DNA of 64,000 bases from Macrostomum lignano. Lineage: Eukaryota. The DNA lies in contig NIVC01002259.1 of NCBI GenBank assembly GCA_002269645.1, forward strand, positions 124,988-188,987, in the 5' to 3' direction. The translations under genes were made by a program, and so were the position numbers. The notes under the pieces were generated by a model, which saw only the letters and a list, made by a program, of their open reading frames with translations, had not been told where the DNA came from and made no database searches. How positions within the stretch are numbered: the first letter of the stretch is position 1; every line of letters starts with the position of its first letter. This document shows positions 42,001-54,000 of the stretch, one piece after another.

Positions 42001-45000
42001 AAAGGACTAAATAAAAACACTTAGATTACTGCACTCGATAAGCTAAGGATTATTGCTCTTGGCAAACCAAGGAATACTGCACTCGATAAGCCAAGGATTA
42101 TTGCTATTAATAAACCAAGGACTATTGCTATTAATAAACCAAGGATTACTGCACTCAATAAACCAAGGACTATTGCTCTTGGCAAACCAAGGATTACTGC
42201 ACTCGATAAGCCAAGGACTATTGCTCTTGGCAAACCAAGGATTACTGCACTCGATAAGCCATGGATTATTGCTATTAATAAACCAAGGATTACTGCACTC
42301 GATAAGCCAAGGATTATTGCTATTAATAAACCAAGGATTACTGCACTCGATAAGCCAAGGATTATTGCTATTAATAAACCAAGGATTACTGCACTCAATA
42401 AACCAAGGACTTTTGCTCTTGGCAAACCAAGGATTACTGCACTTGATTAATCAAGGATTATTGCTATTAATAAACCAAGGATTACTGCACTCGATAAGCC
42501 AAGGATTATTGCTATTAATAAACCAAGGATTACTGCACTCGATAAGCCATGGATTATTGCTATTAATAAACCAAGGATTACTGCACTCGATAAGCCAAGG
42601 ATTATTGCTATTAATAAACCAAGGATTACTGCACTCGATAAACCAAGGATTATTGCTATTAATAAACCAAGGATTATGCACTTGGCAAACCAAGGATTAC
42701 TGCACTCGATAAGCCAAGGATTATTGCTATTAATAAACCAAAAATTACTGCACTCAATAAACCAAGGATTACTGCACTCGATAAGCCAAGGATTATTGCT
42801 ATTAATAAACCAAAAATTACTGCACTCAATAAACCAAGGACTATTGCTATTAATAAACCAAGGATTACTGCACTCAATAAACCAAGGACTATTGCTCTTG
42901 GCAAACCAAGGATTACTGCACTCGATAAGCCAAGGACTATTGCTCTTGGCAAACCAAGGATTACTGCACTCGATAAGCCAAGGATTATTGCTATTAATAA
43001 ACCAAGGATTATTGCTATTAATAAACCAAGGATTACTGCACTCGATAAACCAAGGATTATTGCTATTAATAAACCAAGGATTATGCACTTGGCAAACCAA
43101 GGATTACTGCACTCGATAAGCCAAGGATTATTGCTATTAATAAACCAAGGATTACTGCACTCAATAAACCAAGAACTATTGCTCTTGGCAAACTAAGGAT
43201 TACTGCACTCGATAAGCCAAGGATTATTGCTATTAATAAACCAAGGATTACTGCACTCGATAAGCCAAGGATTATTGCTATTAATAAACCAAGGATTATT
43301 GCTATTAATAAACCAAGGATTACTGCACTCGATAAACCAAGGATTATTGCTATTAATAAACCAAGGATTATGCACTTGGCAAACCAAGGATTACTGCACT
43401 CGATAAGCCAAGGATTATTGCTATTAATAAACCAAGGATTACTGCACTCAATAAACCAAGAACTATTGCTCTTGGCAAACCAAGGATTACTGCACTTGAT
43501 TAATCAAGGATTATTGCTATTAATAAACCAAGGATTACTGCACTCGATAAGCCAAGGATTATTGCTATTAATAAACCAAGGATTACTGCACTCGATAAGC
43601 CAAGGATTATTGCTATTAATAAACCAAGGATTACTGCACTCGATAAGCCAAGGATTATTGCTATTAATAAACCATGAATTACTGCACTCGATAAGCCAAG
43701 GATTATTGCTATTAATAAACCAAGGATTACTGCACTCATAAGCCATGGATTATTGCTATTAATAAACCAAGGATTACTTACTGCACTTGGCAAACCAAGA
43801 ATTACTGCACTCGATAAGCCATGGATTATTGCTATTAATAAACCAAGGATTACTGCACTCGATAGCCAAGGATTACTGCGCTTGATAAGCTTGGCTACAT
43901 GTATAGGATTATTTCTATCCAGGGATGCTTGCTATTTAGGGATTCTTGCTATGTGCAGGATGCTTGCTATCTGGAAGGATGCTTCTACATTATTTGGGTA
44001 TGCTTGCTATCTGCAAGATGCTTGCTATCTGCAAGATGCTTGCTATCTGCAGATGCTTGCTATCTGCAGATGCTTGCTATCTGGGTGGATGCTTGCTAGG
44101 AGTATAAGGGGATGCTTGCTACTGGGGGGATGCTTGCTGTCTTGGGAATATTTTCTATTTAGGGGTAATGACTAAAATTCATGAGAGCTAGCCTAGAGGT
44201 AAACAGACTAAACTGCTAAATGCAGGGACGATGGTTCGAATTTTTAGAGAGAAGAGTTTTTTTTAATTAAAGCTTTTTAACGCCAAGACAAAAAAAATTA
44301 TGGAAGCGTCATGTAAACAATCATACAACCGTCATGTAAACAATCATAGAAGCGTCATGTAAAAATCATAGAAGCGTCATGTAAAAATCATAGAAGCGTC
44401 ATGTAAAAATCATAGAAGCGTCATGTAAACAATCATAGAAGCGTCATGTTAAAATCATAAAAGCGTCATGTAAAATCATAAAAGCGTCATAAAAAATCAT
44501 AGAAGCGTCATGCAAACAATCATAGAAGCGTCATGTTAAAATCACACAAGCGTCATGTAAACAATCATACAAGCGTCATGTAAACAATCATAGAAGCGTC
44601 ATGTAAAAAATCATAGAAGCGTCATGTTAATTCATAAAAGCGTCATAAAAAATCATAGAAGCGTCATGTAAACAATCATACAAGCGTCATGTAAACAATC
44701 ATAGAAGCGTCATGTAAACAATCATAGAAGCGTCATGTAAAAATCATAGAAGCGTCATGTAAACAATCATAGAAGCGTCATGTAAACAATCATAAAAGCG
44801 TCATGTAAACAATCATAGAAGCGTCATGTAAACAAAAATAGAAGCGTCATGTAAACAATCATAGAAGCGTCATGTAAAAAATCATAGAAGCGTCATGTAA
44901 ACAATCATAGAAGCGTCATGTAAAAATCATAGAAGCGTCATGAAAAAATCATAGAAGCGTCATGTAAAAATCATAGAAGCGTCATGTAAAAATCATAGAA

Positions 45001-48000
45001 GCGTCATGTAAACAATCATAGAAGCGTCATGTTAAAATCAAAGAAGCGTCATGTAAACAATCATACAAGCGTCATGTAAACAATCATAGAAGCGTCATGT
45101 AAAAAATCATAGAAGCGTCATGTTAAAATCATAAAAGCGTCATAAAAAATCATAGAAGCGTCATGTAAACAATCATGGAAGCGTCATGTAAACAATCATA
45201 GAAGCGTCATGTAAAAATCATAGAAGCGTCATGTAAAAATCATAGAAGCGTCATGTAAACAATCATAGAAGCGTCATGTTAAAATCAAAGAAGCGTCATG
45301 TAAACAATCATACAAGCGTCATGTAAACAATCATAGAAGCGTCATGTAAAAAATCATAGAAGCGTCATGTAAACAATCATACAAGCGTCATGTAAACAAT
45401 CATAAAAGCGTCATGTAAACAATCATAAAAGCGTCATGTAAACAAGCATAGAAGCGTCATGTAAACAATCATAAAAGCGTCATGTAAACAATCATAAAAG
45501 CGTCATGTAAACAAGCATAGAAGCGTCATGTTAACATAGAAGCGTCATGAAAAAATCACAGAAGCCTCATATAAAAACTAATGAAAGTGTGTCATTTAAA
45601 AAATTAAGAAGCATCATGGAAGAATAAAAGAAGCGTAACGTAAAAATCAAAAGAAGCGTCATGTCAGACATGAAACAAGTGTCATAAAAATTAAATGAAG
45701 CTATAGTGCTGTGCTGGGAGAATCACTGAGACGTCAAGGCTCACAGAGAATAACTGAGATTACAGGGGGGTTTCTGAGATGTTAAAGCAAAAGTCAGAAG
45801 CTACTTCAAAGTACATGTACTTTACTTAAGTTTTTTTATTGCATTCTTTGTTGGCTTGCCACGGTGGGGGGGGGGCGCTGATAGAAAAAGAGTCATGTAA
45901 AAATAAAAGGAGCACTATGTATACATAAAATAAAAGTCATGTCAAAGTTAAAAGATTCATTTGGGAATTGCTACGATGTCAAAGCTTGGAGGGAATCGTT
46001 ATAGTGCTGTGATTCTTAAAGAAGGAATCATTTAAATGCCAAGGCTTAGGGAAGAAGAATTGCTGTGATTTCAAGGCTTTAGGTTGGGTGAAAGTTAGGT
46101 TTACGTCAGGTTTGGGTTGAGGGTTAGATTTTAGCGCGTTTCAAGGTTAACAGGGGATTTTTTAGATTTCAAGGTTTATGGGGGGCATCGCTGACATGTC
46201 AAGGCTTACGAGGGGAATCTATCTATCTATCTATCTATAGCTGAGATGTCAAGGCTCACGGGGAATAAATGAGATGTCAAGGCTAATGTCAGAAGCTACA
46301 TGTAGTTTATTGGAAAAAAGTTATTACATTATTTGTTGGCTCCTCACGGGAGGGATCGCTGATAGAAAAAGCGTAATGTAAAAAAAAGAAGCTTCATGTC
46401 GAAGTTAAGAGATTCATTTAGGAATCCCTACGATGTCGAGGCTTGCAGGGAATCGCTATAATGCTGTAGTAGTGCTATAATGACTCTTAGAGAGAATTAC
46501 TGAAATTTCAATGCTTTAGGGTTAGGGTTAGGGTTAGGGTTAGGGTTAGGGTTAGAAAGTAGACAGATTTTTTAAGATTTCAAGGCTTATGGGAGCATCG
46601 CTGAGATGTCAAGGGGGAGTTGATATGTTAAGGCTTGTGGGGAGGGATTGCTGACATGTCAAGGCTTACAAGGGTACTGGTAGCGTACTGAAGCATACTG
46701 GTAGAAGTAGCTCTGAAAGAAGGCAAGTATGGTTGAATTTCAATGTCTGTTATAAAATTCTGCACAAACATGTTTTATTGGTACATAAGCCTGGAATTAA
46801 AATGAGAATTCGATTCCTAGCCCCCTCCCTAAGAATTTTTTTTCACTTTAAAGGATTCGTCCCTTGCTTATTGGCCACCCCGAAGGGGGGCGCTAGATTG
46901 CTAGTAGGAAACTTAAGAAATGAGTTGGGAAAGGAGAGATAAGGGAAATTTAGAAAAGAGTAGATTAGATAAAGATTAGACAAGCACCTGGAGCCCAATA
47001 CAAGTACAGCTTGTACTTTAACGCCCCCTCGCGTCCCGTCACCGCAGGCCGAACCCGTCAAGCGTGGTGGACATGAAGCAGATCTACGGCATCCAGAAGA
47101 ACAGCCCCAACTACGGCCTGTGCATGTGCATCGGGCAGCTGAGCTACCTGAGCGACATCACCACCATCAGCTGCAGCTCAGCTCCCGACTTGGCATTCCA
47201 CCTGTTCCTCACGTCCCAGCTCTACCTGCCGCCCAATGTCTACACCATCTTCAGCACCAAGGTGTACAATCCGTACGCTGCCGACATGTTCACGGGTGAC
47301 TCCATCGCTTTTGAACTGAGCATCCATCGGTACAGCATCGGCAGCGAGCCGGCCAAGATGAGCCCTGCTGAGTACACCGTCAGCGTTGACTTCGGCGACG
47401 GCACCAGTTCGGTGCTGAAGCAGAGCGTCTTCTCGCATGCGTACAGCAGCGACGGCCAGAAGACGGTGGCCATCAAGGTGGCCAGCATCTATGGGCAAAA
47501 CTCTACGGAGATAACGCTGACGATCAAGAGTGAGTTGGCTGAGTACTGTCGAACGTCTATAAAACTCCATGAATTTCCAATGGGTTCAAACCTATTAAGT
47601 GACATGCTGAACTGCACGAAAAAACTAGATATTCAACAGTGTGGGTGGAGGATGACTTTGTACATTCAGTGTACAGTAGGAGTACAGGCAATGGAACACC
47701 AAATCTCACTCATCTACACCAAGCAGTAAGCAGCTTTGCTTGACGCTTTCGGAATAAAAGTGGACAACTAGGTTGACCTCCGGTTGTCAAGAAGAAGACT
47801 TGGTGTTGAAGACTTCAGATCAGATCTCATTTCTCGCCTTCCAAAAACAGCGAAAACCCCATGACAGTACTTAAAGTAGTAGTAGCTTGAAGCAGTAGCT
47901 CATTGGTTCGAGCATCTGAATCTCGCTGCTTGTGGGGAATGGCTGCCTGCCTATCTGAGGGTCGACTGTCGCCTGTTGTTCAGATTCCACCAGCAAATCA

Positions 48001-51000
48001 AACACGTTTCCCCATCAACCGCAGACAAAGAGACTGAGGAGGCTGTGGACATCGACGTGGTCAAGATATTTCCGGCGCAGAGCGGCACGGACAAGAGCGT
48101 CGCCTACACCGCCGTGATCGCCGGTCGGCTATCCAAGACGGCCACTATCTACGTGAATGGCGTGCAGAAGGAGAAGTTCCAGGTAGCGGACTATTCCACG
48201 GTGAAGACCGGCACCGTTGCGGTGGATGCGTTCGGTTTCTACAACATTAGCATGTGCGTGAACAACAGCCGGACATTAAAGTGCTCAAGCGCCGTGGTGC
48301 TCATTGGCGACAGGGTGAATCGCAGGGCCATGTGTATCGGCACGGCCGACACTGACGTGGTTAAGATTGAATTTCCCATGGTGGACTCGATCTTGAGCAA
48401 GCTGAAAGTTGTTAGCCAGCCTGATGGAGCCGTGGTTCCTCACACAACAGGGCCAAACTCTCTGAGCGTCCGGTGCGCCAGCCTGGCCGCGCTCGGCCCT
48501 AGAGATCTCCAACTGATTGTGAAGTACGACTCGAACATGGTGGTGCTGCCTCTGCGTGTGCACATGAACACCTGCCCTACTGTGGCTATCGTGGCCACCA
48601 AGCTGAGCGGCCTCAAGGACGACACCTTCCCTGTGAAGTTTCGCGTCGTTGGAGTCGGTCGCTACGAGTTGCAGCTCTGCGACGGGCTGAAAGCTTGCGA
48701 GTTCCTTGTGGTTGACGGACTTAACGGCCAACTGGAGTTGGATCGGAACTACGTCTACGGCGCCACCGGGGTATTCAACGTCACCCTACGTGCTGCCAAC
48801 GACGGCTGCGCCCGCGACTCTGCCGTGATGCTCGGCACGCAAGTGCCGTTCAAAGACGCCTACATCGTGGCCCAGCCGCTGAAGTCGCTGTCCGAGGACT
48901 TGGAGCTGTATCTTTATATCAACACGAAGTTCGGCCTGGCCATCGGCGGCGAGTCCAACTCTGTCGAGGTGCAGCTCACCGGAATGGAGGCCAAGACCTA
49001 CTCGCTTGACGGCAACTTCGCCACCTTCGGCCCGTTCGTGCTCAAGTACAAGGTCTCAAACTTTGGCAAGTTCACCATCACCGCCGTCATGAAGAACCTC
49101 ATCGGCAGCCTGACCGTCACCAACCAGACCAGCGTGGGCGCCGAGATCAGCAACCCGGCTGTGCAGCTCATTCAGCCGGTCGGTGGCCCGAGCCGCTCCG
49201 TGCAGTTCGCTGTCACCATCTCCAAGGGCTTCCCGATCAGCTTCCAGCTCGGTGCTACCACAGAAGCCGGCGCCGCTGTTACCCAAACCATCAACAGCTT
49301 CAACCCGAACGATTACGCTGACAACACCACCATCTACCTGTGGAGGCCCAAGCTGGCATGGGAAAACACCACGATTCCTCTGAGTCCATCCGGTGCCATC
49401 ACCTACAGCCTCACAACGGCAAACAGTCCACCAAAAAGTCTGGGCGCCGCCGACCCGGTGGGGACAATGACGGTGTCGCGGGGCGGCCGGCTGTTCATGT
49501 TCGCTCTGCTGGGCTACAACTTCCAGCTGGGAAGGAATTCCGTCACTCTGCGGCTGTCAAATGTGTTCAGCACCGACGGAGGCGCTGAGCTCAACATGTG
49601 CGGCAGCATCATCTACACGCTGAACACGGACTCCTGCGCCCAGGAGGTGGAGTTCCGCCGCGACGGCAGCCTTCTAGCATGGGATTCCGTCATCCAGGTG
49701 GAGATGAGCACCGCTCTGACTATCACGGCCAGCTACAGCAGCACCTGCAGCCCGTCTACCTACTATTTCAGCTGGCAAATTTTGAAGGTCCTGGACACCG
49801 GTGCTTCGCTAAACGACCTGTTGAATTTGCAGCCGCTCAGCTACCAGTGCAGCGCGCCGCAGAGCGCCAGCTTCGTGCTGGACAAGTACGCCCTCACCTA
49901 TGGCCTCTACCGTCTATCGGTGTTCCACAGCCCCACCAGCTATCCGGTGAACCTCCTGCCGAGGCAGCTGGGCACCATCAAGATTATCCCGTCCAGTTTA
50001 GTCTGCAGGTTCAAAGGCGAATCGGACATCGCCATCAGCCTGGGTGACATGCTCTACATTGACTACTCGCTGTGCCGCGACCCCGACGACTTCCTTGGCA
50101 ACAACTCCGTGCGGGTGGTGGTCGCCTGCGTTGGCGATAGCAGCCCCGTGGTCTACAACAACCTCGACTGCTGCAGCCAGGACTTCGGCAACGAGAACCA
50201 CTGGACCCAGATCGGCCTCTACCCGAACGGCACAACGCCGAGTCCCAACGCCGCCGACTTCAAAATGTACGACAAAAAAGGCAAGGGCAGCTGCTTCCCC
50301 AACCCGAACCTGCTCACCTACAAGGAGTCGGAGAAGGTCGTGCTAGCCGAGACGGAGGCGCTGAATAATAACGACATGATGAAGATGTGCATCTGCGGAT
50401 TTGACAAGAAGTCTCGGCAAGCCTCCGACCAGGCGCGCCTGCAGGTGCTGAACATCAACAGCATCTCGGACGCCAACAACATCCTCACTAACTTGGACCC
50501 CACCAACCCGACCAAAGCGCTCTCCGTGATCTCCATGGTCAGCAGTACGTTTGTAAGTAGAGAGCAACTCTCGCCCCCTGACCACACTGCGGTCACTGCA
50601 AGCAAGCGCACCTCGATGCCAATTTCAGAAAGATTCCAACGACACAGACATGGTCCTGGCGGTGAAGGAGAGCGCCTGCGCCAAGGTTGATCAGGTGTCG
50701 CAGTTTCTAACCGACCCAAATCAGGCCATCACGCTGAGTAAAACCCTGGTGACCATTACCACGGACGGGAGCAACGTCAATGCTCAGGTTCGTGTTGAAC
50801 TCTTTAACTGTCAAAGCACTATTTCACCCCTCCATCCAAGGACTTCCAAAGTAGAGCCCTCAAAAATAGTCGAGCAGTAAAACTTCTGCAGCGTCTATTC
50901 AAATTCAGTTATGATTTTCTGTTTATTGGCCACAAATACAATAATAACCGGATGGGCCACTCAATAAATTTACGTTTAAGCTACTTTCAGTTCAGTAGTA

Positions 51001-54000
51001 AGTTAAATAGAAGCATTTAAATGTGTTTTAGTTGCCCCCAGCTGAACCTTTCCCAATGTGCCTTTCCACTCAAAACTTCTACCCTCGCCCCAACATCCAA
51101 CTTTTATTGCCCTTCCTCGCCCGGTGTTCCAGCCTGAAGCTGCGTGCCATGTACATTCTCATTGGCGCTGGGCCAATGTAAATTAGGGCTTCACCAATAG
51201 CAAGAGGCTGTTTACGTCTGCAAGTCACTCCAACTGCCTTTCTTTTTATGAGCTAAAAACTAGCTTACAAATCTACCTTGCTACGTACGACTGTTTCATG
51301 CAAGCAAATGCATGTCTGCCTGAGTGGCCCATCCACTTATTTAATATGTTTTAGGTCGGGGATTCGAATCCCGACCCACTTGTAACAATTTGTGTCGTTT
51401 AAGCAATACACTTAACCCTGCATCGCTTCAGTTCACCCAGCTATAAAATGGGTGCCAGCATTAGCTGGGGTAATTGAGGGTGGGTGTGGCGACCCCCCAG
51501 TCCTTGGACTGAACAGCCGTACGCAGCCTTCAGATGCGCCGCGCAATAGCTGCGGCTGAGCTGTCGGTTGAACATGTGCCCATATCTGTGTTTTTGACGA
51601 GCTACTGTACTCTAATTATTTGCCGAAAAGTACAAAGTAGTAGCAGGTAAAAATCTCGCTTCAGACCGGATAGATTCCGAGAATTCTAGAGAAAAACTTA
51701 TTCCGTGATTTCTTGATAACCCTCCCAGCAAGTACGTTTTGCACTCTATTATTCCTATTTTCAAGTTTGAAATGTCGAATATTTACGGAAAAGTTATACA
51801 CAGCCTGTAAAAACGGTCATTCCCATGTGTGCAGATCAGCTCAGCATCTGCGCTGGACAACACGGCCAAGAGCATGGCTTCCTTCCACTCCGCATCTCCG
51901 GAGCAGGTCGAGACAGCCACCGGAGGTAGGCATATCCACTATTACTTGTGCTTTTTTTAAATTCAGAGTTTAGATTTATTGTTTCTATTAGAACGAAACC
52001 AGCAAACCAGATAAACAGACGCGCTTACAAACTACGCGCTTACAAATAACTAGATGGGGCCACTCAGGCACATTTAATTAGTAAAACAGCTTTCTACTTT
52101 CAGTTCAGTAGCAAAGAAGAATACAAAAGCTATTTTATAAAGGCAGCTGAAATTACTTTGAATCTTTGATAAGTTTAGAAGCCCAAGCTTCCAGGCGTAA
52201 ACAACTTGCTAATTGGTTCAGCAGTAATGTACATTAGCCAGTCCACTGAAATGCACATGGCAGCTTCTGACTGGAATTCTGATAAAGGCAATAAAATTGG
52301 GGTGCGCAGGGAGGGGTACTAAGGAAAGGCGCGGTTGGACGGTTTAGGCTTGGGGGGTAAGAGCCAATAAATGAGCCTTGGCTTTAAAAATACATTAAAA
52401 TGCTTCAGTTTAACTTACTACTGAACTGAAAGTAGCTTGCACGCAAATGTGCTGAGTGGCTTATCTAAGTATTCTACGAGCGTATTATCTGTGTTACTGA
52501 TTAGCATTTTTAATTTTCTTTGCAAATGCAGGCAGAAATTCTCAGTTTATTATTCATCCACCACGTCGCAGGCACCCTCGGCACAGTGGGCAACATCCAG
52601 CCCACCCTGACCCCGGCTGAAGAGGACATCCAGGCCTGCGTGAACAACATGGTGAACATTGTTGGCTGGTCGCCGGAGACCAGTCTGGACTGGTGCGACC
52701 CGGGCTCAGCGCCTGTCATGTCCATCGCCAGGCGTCGGCGGGCGGTCCGCGCGGCCCCGCTGGACCCCAGCCAGCACAAGGAGGAGCCCGAGAGGCCGAA
52801 GAGCACCAAGTGCCCGCTGCCTGACGGCGACTCGCTGCCGGACAATGTGTCAGTAGCTGGCTTCATCAGTAGCTGTTGCTCTTGAAATCTAGGTGGAGTC
52901 GATAGCCGAATGAGTCAGCGCATTCGCTACCTTGCCAGGGGTCGCCATCATTAACCCGAATTATCACAAACCCGAAATATCGACCATAAAACCGAGACTA
53001 TCATAAGACCAACGCTATTTTCGTTTTCGGCGTTAGCTTTGTGATATTTCGGGTTTGTGATGTCTCGGTTTTGTGATTATTTCGGGTTTGTGATGTCTCG
53101 GTTTTGTGATGTTTCGGTTTTGTGATGTTTCGGTTTTGTGATGTTTCGGTTTTGTGATATTTCGGGTTTGTGATGTTTCGGTTTTGTGATGTTTCGGTTT
53201 TGTGATATTTCGGGTTTGTGATGTTTCGGTTTTGTGATGTTTCGGTTTTGTGATGTTTCGGTTTTGTGATATTTCGGGTTTGTGATGTTTCGGTTTTGTG
53301 ATGTTTCGGTTTTGTGATGTTTCGGTTTTGTGATGTTTCGGTTTTGTGTTATTTCGGGTTTGAGATGTTTCGGTTTTGTGATGTTTCGGTTTTGTGATGT
53401 TTCGGGTTTGTGATGATTCGGTTTTGAGATGTTTCGATTTTGTGATATTTCAAACTTGTGATGCCCCCCCTTGCTATAGCACTGCAAGTTAAGCTGAATT
53501 GGCCTCGGTTAGTACTGACCACTGAGCAGGCACACGCTCACACAGGGTGTACAGCGGGCCAGACTTTTCCCATCGTTTGTCCTTGGAGGCTGATCTTCAT
53601 GAGCAAAAATAGCACTACAAATTTTAGAATTTTTTATCTTTTAATTGACGATGCTTATAATTCATCATAATTTAGCAACAGAAAAATATGAATTTAATCA
53701 TGGATTAAAACAACAAAATTCAATCCCTTGCAGATTTAGCTGCATAAAGAACTGCACCCAGCTGCAGAATCTGTTAAAGTACATGATGCCCGATATGCGA
53801 AACGAGCTGTGCAGCGAGAAGTACCAGGCTCTGCTGGGCCAGCAGGAGCAGAGGAAAAAAGCGGTAAGTGACGTTTTAAGTATCAATAAACGCAACCTGT
53901 TATTTGATAACACAGGAATTTTTCTAATTGCTTTCCATCGCCTGCAGAAAGCTCAAATTTCTACGAAATCGATGAGTTCGCTGAAGACCTGCTCGGCCAC

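Larger units (their letters stand above)
41327..46904 (+). mobile_element. Non-autonomous Helitron, unit 2 (5.6 kb, expanded by minisatellites)
   Basis: Starts TCCATATACTAAAAATG immediately after the CTAG of unit 1; collinear with unit 1; ends GCCACCCC-GAA-GGGGGGC GCTAGATTGCTAG|T. Confidence 0.85.
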
